DNA from: a virus
Lineage: Duplodnaviria > Caudoviricetes
Reading direction: 5' to 3' (one strand)
Virus record (IMG/VR): IMGVR_UViG_3300037467_002484
Span: 1-48,668 of that record
Length of the DNA stretch: 48,668 nucleotides
Position 1 is the stretch's first letter. Each line of letters opens with the position of its first letter. Both the position numbers and the translations under genes were made by a program. Shown in pieces: positions 25,073 through 34,207 of this stretch. Under the pieces are notes generated by a model. That model saw only the letters and a program-made list of their open reading frames with translations. It was not told where the DNA came from and did not search any database.

Positions 25073-25420
25073 ATGCCAAGCGCAGGAATCAGCGGCAACC
25101 GTGGTGGCAAGCGTCCAGGCGCCGGCCGTCCCAAGGGTGCCAGGTCGCGCCGCACAGCGGAGACGATCCAGAAGGCACTGGACGCAGCTGGTGGCGTGAC
25201 GCCCCTCGAGTTCATGCTCAAGGTGATGCGCAACCCCAAGCGCAACATGAAGGAGCGGATCTACGCAGCCAGCGTCGCTGCTCCGTACGTCCATCCCAAG
25301 CTCTCGGCCGTCACCGTCGCAGGCGACCCGAACAACCCGCTGCACACCAAGAACCAGAACGTCAACATGACGCCGGCTGAGTTCGAAGAGATCGTGAAGA
25401 AGGTCGCGGCGGATGTCTAG
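25073..25420 (+). CDS. terS: Terminase small subunit
   Basis: GGKRPGAGRPKG, TPLEFML, AAPYVHPKL; directly upstream of terL. Confidence 0.85.
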   Translation: MPSAGISGNRGGKRPGAGRPKGARSRRTAETIQKALDAAGGVTPLEFMLKVMRNPKRNMKERIYAASVAAPYVHPKLSAVTVAGDPNNPLHTKNQNVNMTPAEFEEIVKKVAADV

Positions 25421-26846
25421 GGACAGCTTCACGCAGGAACAGAGGTACGCAGCCGCCCTGCTCGCCAGGGAGGACTTCTACTTCTACACTCGGTGGATGT
25501 TCCTGCAGCGCAAGGGCTTCAAGTGGATTCGTGCTCTGCACCATCAGCTCATCTGCAATGCCCTCATGCGCGTGTTCACAGGCCAATGCACTCGACTCAT
25601 CATCAACGTGCCGCCCCGCTACTCGAAAACCGAGATCGCGGTGGTCAACTTCATCAGCTGGGCGTTGGGCAAGGTACCTGACGCTGAGTTCATCCACACC
25701 AGCTACTCCGGCCGCCTCGCTGAGAACAACGCGTGGCAGGCCCGCGAGATGGTGAACTCCGAGCCGTACCGCGAAATCTTTCCGGACACGGTGCTGCGCA
25801 CTGACTCCTCAGCCAAGGGTGAGTGGCGCACGACGGCTGGCGGCATCGTCTACGCGACCGGCGCAGGTGGCACCATCACCGGCTATGGCGCTGGCAAGCA
25901 TCGTCCTGGGTTCGGCGGCGCGATCATCATCGATGATCCGCACAAGGCCGACGAGGCACGCAGCGACACGATCCGTACCGGCGTGCTGGAGTGGTTCGAG
26001 AACACGCTGCAGTCTCGCCAGAACTACCCTGGCCGAACGCCCATCATCCTGATCATGCAGCGACTGCACGAGAAGGACTTGGCCGGCTGGCTCGAGGCGA
26101 ACGGCAACGGCGAGAAGTGGGAGGTGTTGCGTCTCCCCGCCATCCAGGACGACGGCACTGCGCTGTGGCCGGAGAAGCACAGCATCGAGATGCTTCGCCA
26201 GATGCAGACCGCACAACCCTACACGTTCGCCGGCCAGTACCAGCAAAGGCCGTCGCCCGCTGAGGGCAACATCTTCAAGCCCGACAAGATCGAGGTCATC
26301 GATGCACTACCAGCTGTCGGTGTACGTTGGCTGCGTGGCTGGGACTTTGCTTCCACCGTGCCTGAGATCGGCAAGGACCCCGACTACACCGTCGGCGGAC
26401 GCCTGGGCCGCTGCTCCGATGGCAGCTTCATCATCGCTGACATTGCACGAATGCGCGGAGGCCCTGAAGAGGTGGAGGCCTGCCTTGTCAACACGTCCAA
26501 GCGCGACGGCAAGGGAAGCCGGCTCTCGATTCCACAGGACCCAGGCCAAGCCGGCAAGAGCCAGGTGCTCAGCTTCACGAAGAAGCTCGTCGGCCACCGT
26601 GTCGAGTCCAGCCCAGAGACCGGCGACAAGGTGACCCGCGCCGAGCCCTTCGCCGCTCAGGTCAACGTCGGCAACGTGAAGATGCTGCGCGCGGAGTGGA
26701 ACGATGCCCTGATTGCTGAGATGAGAGTGTTTCCCAACGGCGCGCACGACGACCAAGTCGACGCCCTGTCCCGAGCGTTCAACGCCCTGCTGGCCAAGGG
26801 CCAAGGCATCATCGTCCCTGACTCCCTGCTGAGAAAAATCTCATGA
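25413..26846 (+). CDS. terL: Terminase large subunit
   Basis: PPRYSKT (Walker A-like), IIIDDPHK, IMQRLHEKD, YQQRP, WDFA, FPNGAHDDQVD. Confidence 0.95.
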   Translation: MSRDSFTQEQRYAAALLAREDFYFYTRWMFLQRKGFKWIRALHHQLICNALMRVFTGQCTRLIINVPPRYSKTEIAVVNFISWALGKVPDAEFIHTSYSGRLAENNAWQAREMVNSEPYREIFPDTVLRTDSSAKGEWRTTAGGIVYATGAGGTITGYGAGKHRPGFGGAIIIDDPHKADEARSDTIRTGVLEWFENTLQSRQNYPGRTPIILIMQRLHEKDLAGWLEANGNGEKWEVLRLPAIQDDGTALWPEKHSIEMLRQMQTAQPYTFAGQYQQRPSPAEGNIFKPDKIEVIDALPAVGVRWLRGWDFASTVPEIGKDPDYTVGGRLGRCSDGSFIIADIARMRGGPEEVEACLVNTSKRDGKGSRLSIPQDPGQAGKSQVLSFTKKLVGHRVESSPETGDKVTRAEPFAAQVNVGNVKMLRAEWNDALIAEMRVFPNGAHDDQVDALSRAFNALLAKGQGIIVPDSLLRKIS

Positions 26847-28405
26847 ACCTGTACAAGAAACTCCGCTACTGGCTCTTCCGCCGCAAGAAGGTCCACCAGG
26901 CTCAGGCCCAGAGCAAGCGGACGGTCGAGGAGTCCAGAACCTCGCGCCTGATCGCGCTGCTTCAAGCGGTCAATGCCTCGTTGGCCACCAAGAAGACGAC
27001 GCCAGTCTTCATGCGCTACGAGCCGGTGGAAGGCGTTGTTCCGGCCAACAAGCGCGCCTCGGTCTTGGCCCACGACTCGACGCCCTACGCAGCGTTGAAC
27101 ACGGCGGCCATGCAGCAGAGTATGTCGTCGCTGCCGGCGTTCCCTGGTTACCCGTACCTTGCCCAGCTCGCCCAGTTGCCTGAGTACCGGAAGATCACCT
27201 GCACGATCGCCGAAGAGATGACGCGCAAGTGGATCCGGCTCGGGTCTGCCAGCGACAAGAGCAATGCGGACAAGCTGAAGCGCATCGAAGCACGACTCAC
27301 CGACCTGAAGATCCGTGACCTCTTCGAGGAGATGATTCGTGACGACGGCTTCTTCGGTCGCGGCCAATTCTTTATCGACGTCCGCAAGCCCAACGGCGGC
27401 CGAGCTCTGGACGACGACCTGGAGCTGCGTACGCCACTGCCCATCGATAAGGTCAAGGTGCGAAAGGGCTCGCTGATCGGCTTCACGCGTGTCGAGCCCG
27501 TGTGGACGTATCCAGCCCTGTACAACTCGACCAATCCACTGAAGTCGGATTTCTACAAGCCGACCAGCTGGTTCGTCATGGGCAAGGAGGTCCACGCGAG
27601 CCGCTTGGTCATGATGATCTCACACCCAGTGCCTGATCTCCTGAAGGCCGCGTACTCATTCGGTGGCCTCTCCATGAGCCAGCTGGCCGAGCCCTACGTC
27701 AACCACTGGCTGCGTACTCGCGACGCGGTGAGCGACATCATCCACTCGTTCTCGACCTCAGGCCTGAAGACGAGCCTCGACGCGTACCTGCAGCCTGGCG
27801 ACGTGGGAGGCGGCGAGGACCTGATCAACCGTGCCAAGCTGTTCAACCAGATGCGCGACAACAAGGGAATGCTGCTCGTCGACAAGGACGGCGAGGAGTT
27901 CTTCCAGTTCAACGTACCGCTCAGTGGCCTGGACCACCTGCAGGCTCAGTCCCAGGAGCAGATGGCCTCAGTCTCGAGCACCCCGCTGGTCAAGCTGCTT
28001 GGCATCACGCCCAGCGGCCTGAACGCCTCGTCCGATGGCGAGATCCGGGTGTTCTACGACTTTGTGCATGCCCGCCAGGAGTCGCTGCTCCGTGACCCGT
28101 TGACCAAGGTCATCGAGCTGATTCAGCTGGATGAGTTCGGAGAGATCGACGATGACATCAACTTCGCCTTCGAGCCGCTTTACCAGCTGAGCGCGCTGGA
28201 AGAGGCGACCAAGCGCAAGACCGAGGCGGAGACCGACGGCATCTACATCGAGAAGGCCGTTGTGCTTCCTGAGGAGATCCGCAAACGCATTGCCACGGAC
28301 GACGAAAGTCCGTACAACGGCCTGGACCTCGCCGTCGAGCTGCCTGATCCGGAAGCGGGCGATGGCGAAGAGGGAGTGAACGAAGACCCGGACGACAAGA
28401 GCTAA
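26843..28405 (+). CDS. Portal protein (DUF1073-type)
   Basis: Follows terL; EEMTRKW, HASR, FGG.S, TP.VKLLGITPSGLNASSDGE. Confidence 0.9.
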   Translation: MNLYKKLRYWLFRRKKVHQAQAQSKRTVEESRTSRLIALLQAVNASLATKKTTPVFMRYEPVEGVVPANKRASVLAHDSTPYAALNTAAMQQSMSSLPAFPGYPYLAQLAQLPEYRKITCTIAEEMTRKWIRLGSASDKSNADKLKRIEARLTDLKIRDLFEEMIRDDGFFGRGQFFIDVRKPNGGRALDDDLELRTPLPIDKVKVRKGSLIGFTRVEPVWTYPALYNSTNPLKSDFYKPTSWFVMGKEVHASRLVMMISHPVPDLLKAAYSFGGLSMSQLAEPYVNHWLRTRDAVSDIIHSFSTSGLKTSLDAYLQPGDVGGGEDLINRAKLFNQMRDNKGMLLVDKDGEEFFQFNVPLSGLDHLQAQSQEQMASVSSTPLVKLLGITPSGLNASSDGEIRVFYDFVHARQESLLRDPLTKVIELIQLDEFGEIDDDINFAFEPLYQLSALEEATKRKTEAETDGIYIEKAVVLPEEIRKRIATDDESPYNGLDLAVELPDPEAGDGEEGVNEDPDDKS

Positions 28406-28417
28406 GGAGCTGACCCC

Positions 28418-29224
28418 ATGGTTACCGCACGCAAGAGGCGCAAGGTCGTCCTGCCCAAGCAGCGGGTGCTGCTGGCAGTGCGTCCCAACGCCGGCCTCGA
28501 GGTGTGGTACCGGAAGCAGCTGGACGCCAAGATCCAGGAGATGCAGGAGTCCCTCGTCTTCTGGATCACAGCTCGCTATCGGTCCACTGGCCTGGCCAGC
28601 GACGCCACCCCAGCACAGGAGCTTCAGAAGGAGCTGGCAAAGCTCACCGGACGTTGGTCCAAGGTGTTCAAGAACCTGGCCACTTCACTCGGCGAGCGCT
28701 TCACCCAGAAGGCCATGGAGACGGGGGACTCGGTGCTCAACTCCACACTCCGGGCCCAGGGCATGGCGATCCCATTCACGATGACCGGGCCCATGCGTGA
28801 TGCCTACCAGGCGGTCATCGGCGAGAACGTTGGTCTGATCAAGAGCGTGGCCCAGCAGCATCTCACAGATGTGGAGCAGATCGTCATGCGCTCGGTCGCT
28901 CGGGGCCGAGATCTTCACACTCTCACAAACGAACTTCGCACACGCTACAATCTCACGCGTAACAGGGCGGCCCTGATCGCTCGCGACCAGAACAACAAGG
29001 CCACGTCCACACTACAGGCCGCGCGCCAACAGCAGCTGGGGATCGCGGAGGGGATATGGAAGCACTCACACGCTGGCAAGACACCACGGCCTTCGCACGT
29101 AGCTGCTGATGGCAAGAGGTTCGAGCTGGCTAAGGGCATGTACCTCGATGGCAAGTGGGTCATGCCCGGCGAAGACATCAACTGCCGCTGCACGTGGCAA
29201 CCCGTCATCCCTGGCCTGGACTAA
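28418..29224 (+). CDS. Head morphogenesis protein (SPP1 gp7 / Mu gpF family)
   Basis: RA.LIARDQ, W.HS..G..PRPSH, PGEDINCRC. Confidence 0.9.
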   Translation: MVTARKRRKVVLPKQRVLLAVRPNAGLEVWYRKQLDAKIQEMQESLVFWITARYRSTGLASDATPAQELQKELAKLTGRWSKVFKNLATSLGERFTQKAMETGDSVLNSTLRAQGMAIPFTMTGPMRDAYQAVIGENVGLIKSVAQQHLTDVEQIVMRSVARGRDLHTLTNELRTRYNLTRNRAALIARDQNNKATSTLQAARQQQLGIAEGIWKHSHAGKTPRPSHVAADGKRFELAKGMYLDGKWVMPGEDINCRCTWQPVIPGLD

Positions 29225-29227
29225 CTG

Positions 29228-30508
29228 ATGACTCAGCTCGCCAAGAACGAAATCGCCAAGCGACCTGGCCTCGCCCTCGACCGAGCCACGGTGCGCACCG
29301 TCGACAAGGACGGACGCCTCCACGTCGAGGTCACCCACATCAGCAAGGCCAACGTCTGCCCCTACTTTGGCCGCGAGATCCCTCGCTGGGAAGAGCTGGG
29401 CCTCGACCCGGACCGGATCTACCAGCTGCTTCGGGACCCGGGTGAGCTGGCCAAGGCTGCTGCCACCTTCAACAACCTTCCCTTGCTCTGCGAGCACGTG
29501 CCGCACAGCGCCGAGGACCCCATCAAGGAGCTCGTCATCGGCGCCACGGGCTCGGATGCGGAGTTCAAGGACCCCTATCTCAACAACTCGCTCGTCGTCT
29601 GGGACGCCACGTACATCGGCCTCATCGACAGTCACGAGCAAAAGGAATTGTCGTCGTCGTACTACTACGATGCCGACATGACCCCCGGCGTTTACGAAGG
29701 CGTGCCGTACGACGGCCGCATGATCAACATCGTCGGGAATCACGTCGCCCTCGTAAAAGTCGGGCGCGCAGGTGCTGACGTTGCCGTCAGCGATTCACTT
29801 CCATCGGAGCTTGATCCCATGAAAAAGAAGCACATCGCCGTCGCCATCAGCGCGGCACTCGGTGCTTACCTGCGGCCGGCGCTGGCGCAGGACAGCATCC
29901 CGCAGCTCCGCGATCTCACGCGCGGCAACAAGACCCCCGCCCAGATCGCGGCCGACGCCAAGGCCCTATTCGGTGACAAGGTGGACGAGCCGAAGCTGGC
30001 CGGCCTCCTCAAGACCGCCATGGACGAGGCTGCGGAGTACGACGACACCGCGGACGACGAAGACGACGAAAAGGACAAGAAGGACGACAAGGCCAAGGAC
30101 GAAGACGAGGACGACAAGGACAAGAAGGCCAAGGACGAAACCGACGAAGACGGCAAGGACAAGGGCAAGAAGGACGACAAGGCGATGGACAGCGCTTCGA
30201 TCCTCGCCAAGGCCCGTGACCAGGCCCGAGCCGAGTCCCGAGCCCTGCGCCAGGCCGAGCGCGACGTCGCGTCGATCGTCGGTGAGCTGCCCGCCATGGA
30301 CAGCGCCGAGGAGGTCTATCGCTACGCTCTCGACCAGCTGAAGGTCGACCACAAGGGCGTGCACGCCTCGGCCCTGCCGGCCATGGTGCGCCTCGCCAAG
30401 GACCGTGCGCCTGCCGCGCAGAAGACCGAGAGCGTCGCCATGGACGCCGAGTCGGTCGACTCGTTCGACAAGCGCTTCCCCAACCGTGCACCCCTCCGGA
30501 GCGTGTAA
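29228..30508 (+). CDS. Prohead protease/scaffold (DUF2213)
   Basis: ISKANVCPY.G.EIP, ELS..Y.YD, GNHVALV..GRAG; acidic D/K-rich scaffold region; AMD repeats. Confidence 0.88.
   Translation: MTQLAKNEIAKRPGLALDRATVRTVDKDGRLHVEVTHISKANVCPYFGREIPRWEELGLDPDRIYQLLRDPGELAKAAATFNNLPLLCEHVPHSAEDPIKELVIGATGSDAEFKDPYLNNSLVVWDATYIGLIDSHEQKELSSSYYYDADMTPGVYEGVPYDGRMINIVGNHVALVKVGRAGADVAVSDSLPSELDPMKKKHIAVAISAALGAYLRPALAQDSIPQLRDLTRGNKTPAQIAADAKALFGDKVDEPKLAGLLKTAMDEAAEYDDTADDEDDEKDKKDDKAKDEDEDDKDKKAKDETDEDGKDKGKKDDKAMDSASILAKARDQARAESRALRQAERDVASIVGELPAMDSAEEVYRYALDQLKVDHKGVHASALPAMVRLAKDRAPAAQKTESVAMDAESVDSFDKRFPNRAPLRSV
30040..30185 (+). repeat. Low-complexity D/E/K coding repeats in the scaffold domain
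   Basis: Recurrent GACAAG/AAGGACGAA units encoding DDKAKDED-like repeats. Confidence 0.7.
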
Positions 30509-30511
30509 CCC

Positions 30512-30994
30512 ATGAGCGGCTTCCAGAAACAAGTCAACATCACTCCCGCCCCGGCCGTCGCGGGCGACTTCGCCTCGGCGAATCCCAACGCCTCCGTGGT
30601 CGCTGGTCCGGGCGCGCTCGTCGCCGGCACCGGTGGCGCCACTATCGGCCACTTCGCCTGGTCGGACGCCAACGGCCTGGTGACCAACGCTGGCAGCGGT
30701 GTGCCCACGGGCTTCATCCACCGTGACCTGCAGGGCATCATGTTCAACCTCCTGGACCAGAGCACCATGCTCATCCCGGACGGCTACGGCGTGACGCTCA
30801 TGTCGGCAGGCGACTTCTGGGTGCAGACGGCGACGACCGCCACCGTCGGCCAGAAGGTCTTTGCCTCCAACACCGATGGCTCGGTCAAGACCGGCGCTGC
30901 CGGTGCAACGATCGCTGGCTACACCGAGACCAAGTGGTTCGTGGCCTCGGCCGGCAACGCCAACGAACTCATCAAGATGACCACCTGGAACTGA
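30512..30994 (+). CDS. Head decoration/cement protein
   Basis: Between protease and major capsid; FQ..VN..PA.AVAGDFAS.NP, GDFW. Confidence 0.75.
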   Translation: MSGFQKQVNITPAPAVAGDFASANPNASVVAGPGALVAGTGGATIGHFAWSDANGLVTNAGSGVPTGFIHRDLQGIMFNLLDQSTMLIPDGYGVTLMSAGDFWVQTATTATVGQKVFASNTDGSVKTGAAGATIAGYTETKWFVASAGNANELIKMTTWN

Positions 30995-30999
30995 CGCCC

Positions 31000-32025
31000 A
31001 TGAAACCCAATCTCCGTTATGACCTCCACCGTCTGGCGATGGACTACGGCGTCGAGCTGATGGTCCAGCCCCAGGAGTACCTGGACGACAGCTTCCGTCG
31101 CAGCTTCGGCCTGGCGGCCGACGCTCAGCCGGCCCTGGTCACCGTCAGCAATGGCGGCATCCCGGGCTACCTGACGAACTTCGTCGACCCGCAGATGATC
31201 ACCGTCCTCGTCTCCCCGATGAAGGCGGCCGCGATCCTCGGCGAGGCGAAGAAGGGCGACTGGACGACCCAGACCGCGCAGTTCCCGATCGCCGAGTCCA
31301 CCGGTGAGGTGAGCTCGTACGGCGACTACAGCAACAACGGCCAGAGCAGCACCAACATCAACTGGGTGCCGCGCCAGTCGTACCACTTCCAGACCGTCAC
31401 CCAGTGGGGCGAGCGCGAGCTGGCCATGGCCGGCGAGGCCAAGATCGACTACGCGGCGCGGCTGAACATCGCGTCCGCCCTGACGATCAACAAGGCGGCC
31501 AACAAGATCGCGTTCTTCGGTGTGGCCGGCCTCGAGAACTACGGCCTGTTGAACGACCCGTCGCTGTCGGCTTCGATCGCGCCGGCCGGTGGTACCGCCT
31601 GGTCGACCAAGGACGCGGCCGCGATCTACACCGACATCCAGTCCATCTTCACCCAGCTGGTCTCCCAGTCGGGCGGCGTGCTCGAGGCCGATGCGAAGAT
31701 GTGCCTGGCGATGTCGCCGACGATCTCGGTCAACCTGACCAAGACCAACCAGTACAACGTCAACGTGTACGACCAGCTGAAGAAGAACTTCCCGAACATG
31801 CGGTTCGAGACGGCGGTCGAGTACAGCACGACGGGCGGCGAGATGGTGCAGTTGATCGCGGACGAGGTCGACGGCCAGTCGGTCGGCTACGTGGGCTTCA
31901 CCGAGAAGATGCGCGCACATCCGGTGATCCAGAAGCTCTCCAGCTTCCAGCAGAAGAAGTCGGCCGGTACCTGGGGCTCGATCATCCGCTACCCGCTCGC
32001 CATCGCCAGCATGATCGGCGTCTAA
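31000..32025 (+). CDS. Major capsid protein (DUF2184-type)
   Basis: KKGDW, YGDYS, RQSYHFQT..QWGERE, YGLLNDP, GTWG.IIR.P; very strong codon bias. Confidence 0.92.
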   Translation: MKPNLRYDLHRLAMDYGVELMVQPQEYLDDSFRRSFGLAADAQPALVTVSNGGIPGYLTNFVDPQMITVLVSPMKAAAILGEAKKGDWTTQTAQFPIAESTGEVSSYGDYSNNGQSSTNINWVPRQSYHFQTVTQWGERELAMAGEAKIDYAARLNIASALTINKAANKIAFFGVAGLENYGLLNDPSLSASIAPAGGTAWSTKDAAAIYTDIQSIFTQLVSQSGGVLEADAKMCLAMSPTISVNLTKTNQYNVNVYDQLKKNFPNMRFETAVEYSTTGGEMVQLIADEVDGQSVGYVGFTEKMRAHPVIQKLSSFQQKKSAGTWGSIIRYPLAIASMIGV

Positions 32026-32052
32026 GCGCCAATTGACTGGTTCATCAACTCA

Positions 32053-32083
32053 AGGCCCTCGGCGCAATGTCGAGGGCCTCTTC
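32053..32083 (+). terminator. Hairpin/terminator after major capsid gene
   Basis: AGGCCCTCG...CGAGGGCCT stem with a weak U tract (CTTC). Confidence 0.6.
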
Positions 32084-32101
32084 AGCAAAGAGGATACGAA
32101 C

Positions 32102-32431
32102 ATGGCCGAGAACAAGCAAGTGTACGTGGGCTGCAAGCTGCCGAATGGCCTCATCGCCCAGGTGGGCAACACCAAGGTGCTGTTCAAGGGCGCCAACAGC
32201 TCCCGCGTCGTGGGTGGCTACGGCCTGACCCCGGTCGACAAGGACTTCTCCGACGCGTGGTTCAAGCAGCACAAGAACTTCCATCCGGTCAAGGCCGAGC
32301 TGATCTTCGTGCAGGGCGACGTGGTCTCCGCTGAGGCGCAGGCCGACGAACAGTCCGAGGTGAAGTCGGGTCTGGAAGGCGTGGACCCGGCCAAGCCGGC
32401 GGCCAACGTCGAGAAGCGCACCGAGGACTAA
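32102..32431 (+). CDS. Conserved virion-module hypothetical protein
   Basis: GAGGA RBS; V.CKLPNGL, GYGLT, SGLE motifs. Confidence 0.8.
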   Translation: MAENKQVYVGCKLPNGLIAQVGNTKVLFKGANSSRVVGGYGLTPVDKDFSDAWFKQHKNFHPVKAELIFVQGDVVSAEAQADEQSEVKSGLEGVDPAKPAANVEKRTED

Positions 32432-32434
32432 GCC

Positions 32435-32830
32435 ATGGGCAGCGTCGCCTTCGATCCTACTGCTTTCAAGGCTCGGTACCCGGAATTCGTCACGGTTTCC
32501 AATGACACCCTGACCGCGTACTTCACGGAGGCGACGCTCTACCTGGACAATACCGATGCAAGCCCAATTACGAACCTCGTCTTCAGAGAGCTGTTGCTCA
32601 ACATGATCGTTGCCCACCTCGCCCAGATCTACTCGGGCAGCAACGGCCAGGCACCGTCGCAGCTGGTGGGACGGATCAGCCAGGCCAGTGAGGGCTCAGT
32701 GTCGGTGACCACCGACGCTATGCCGGTTGCTGGTTCAGCGGCTTGGTTCAACCAAACGAAGTACGGCGCTCAGTACTGGGCCGCAACCTTGCCTCTCCGC
32801 CGCTTCCGCTACGTTCCTCCTTGCGGGTAG
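32435..32830 (+). CDS. Head-tail adaptor (DUF4054)
   Basis: F...[29 protein letters not shown]. Confidence 0.85.
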   Translation: MGSVAFDPTAFKARYPEFVTVSNDTLTAYFTEATLYLDNTDASPITNLVFRELLLNMIVAHLAQIYSGSNGQAPSQLVGRISQASEGSVSVTTDAMPVAGSAAWFNQTKYGAQYWAATLPLRRFRYVPPCG

Positions 32831-32834
32831 TTCT

Positions 32835-33299
32835 ATGACCAAGTCCTCTATGACAGGCGGTGACCGTCTCAAGGCGTACTTGGAGGATCTGTCTAAGAGG
32901 ATCGGCGTCGGCACGGTTCTCCGTACTGGCTTCCTTGAGAATGCGACCTACCCCGATGGTACCCCAGTCGCTTTAGTCGCTGCCGCCAATGAGTTTGGAG
33001 ACCCTGGTCAGAATCGTCCGCCCCGAGCATTCTTCCGTATCATGCTGGCTGAGAAGGCCCCTGGCTGGGGTGTCAAGTTTGGCAAGATCCTGAAAGCAAC
33101 CGGATACAACCTAGATCAATCGCTTGGCTTGATGGGAGAGATGGTGAAGGGCGAGCTGCAGCAATCGATCCGAGACTTTGTGGCGCCTGAGCTGGCCGAG
33201 TCGACCATCGCAGCTAAGGGCTTTGACAAACCGCTGATCGACACCGGGCACATGCTCAACAGCGTGGACTACGACCTGAAGAAGGGTGACCAGCAATGA
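32835..33299 (+). CDS. Neck/virion morphogenesis protein
   Basis: YPDGTPVA.VA..NEFG, PPR.FFR, KG.DKPLIDTG. Confidence 0.8.
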   Translation: MTKSSMTGGDRLKAYLEDLSKRIGVGTVLRTGFLENATYPDGTPVALVAAANEFGDPGQNRPPRAFFRIMLAEKAPGWGVKFGKILKATGYNLDQSLGLMGEMVKGELQQSIRDFVAPELAESTIAAKGFDKPLIDTGHMLNSVDYDLKKGDQQ

Positions 33300-33667
33300 A
33301 CCTGCATGGGATCGTCTCCGGGGCCATCGGCGCCGTCAATCCGTTCATCACAGTACAGCTCAAGCGGTCGACCGGCTTCACTCAGTCTGCGGACTTCAAA
33401 CAGGTGCCGTCGTACGCAGGCCCCGTTGATGTCCAGGTCCAAAAGCAGGAGCTCACGTACAAGGACCTACAGCAGGCCAACGCGCTCAACCTCCAGGGCG
33501 CCCTCACGACTGTGTATCTGAACGGCATCGTCAAGGGCGTTGACCGGGCCACGCAGACCGGCGGCGACATCTTCATCATCAACGGCCAAGAGTGGCTGGT
33601 CGTCGCAATTGCTGAGCAGTGGAATGACTGGTGCAAGGCTATCCTGTGCTTGCAGGTGCCGGCATGA
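33296..33667 (+). CDS. Head closure / head-tail joining protein
   Basis: MNLHGIV..AI.AVNP, GGD, WLV...EQW..W; position in neck cluster. Confidence 0.75.
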   Translation: MNLHGIVSGAIGAVNPFITVQLKRSTGFTQSADFKQVPSYAGPVDVQVQKQELTYKDLQQANALNLQGALTTVYLNGIVKGVDRATQTGGDIFIINGQEWLVVAIAEQWNDWCKAILCLQVPA

Positions 33668-34203
33668 GCGTGACGGTCGACATCACTGAAACCCAGCTGA
33701 TGACGTGGCTGGGCAACTTCCTTCTCGCTGTTCTGCCGACGGGAGTCACCGTCGTACAGGGCCAGCAGAACCGTGTTCCCATGCCCAATGGGGACTTTGT
33801 GACGATGACCACGGTTGTCACCCCGAAGTTGGCGACCAGCGTTTCGTCGTGGCAAGCTGGAAGCGGCAACCCGGGCATCGAAGAAAACCAGACCAGCACC
33901 CGCTGGGATGTTCAGCTCGACTTCTATGGCCCGAGTGCCCAGCAGAACTCGATGATCGTGAGCAACTTGGTCAGGACTGACTACACGTGCCGCTACTTCG
34001 CAGACAACGGCTACAGCATCGCTCCGCTATATGCAGACGAACCACGTAATGGAGCGATGATCAACGCCGAGAAGCAGTACCAATCGCGCTGGATCCTGCA
34101 GGCCAGCTTCCAGTTCAACCCAACCATCACCACTCCGCTCGACTTCGCCGCTGAACTGAAGGTCGAGCTCGTTGAAGTCGACACCACGTACCACGGAGCT
34201 TAA
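33664..34203 (+). CDS. Tail completion/terminator protein
   Basis: GQQNRVPMP, VQLDFYG, PLY, E.QY..RW; immediately before the sheath. Confidence 0.75.
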   Translation: MSVTVDITETQLMTWLGNFLLAVLPTGVTVVQGQQNRVPMPNGDFVTMTTVVTPKLATSVSSWQAGSGNPGIEENQTSTRWDVQLDFYGPSAQQNSMIVSNLVRTDYTCRYFADNGYSIAPLYADEPRNGAMINAEKQYQSRWILQASFQFNPTITTPLDFAAELKVELVEVDTTYHGA

Positions 34204-34207
34204 ACCC

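Noticed and set aside
26843-28405. DUF1073 protein as an anti-CBASS (Acb1) factor
   Set aside because: Position between terL and gpF, size and motifs indicate the portal; no separate phosphoesterase domain seen.
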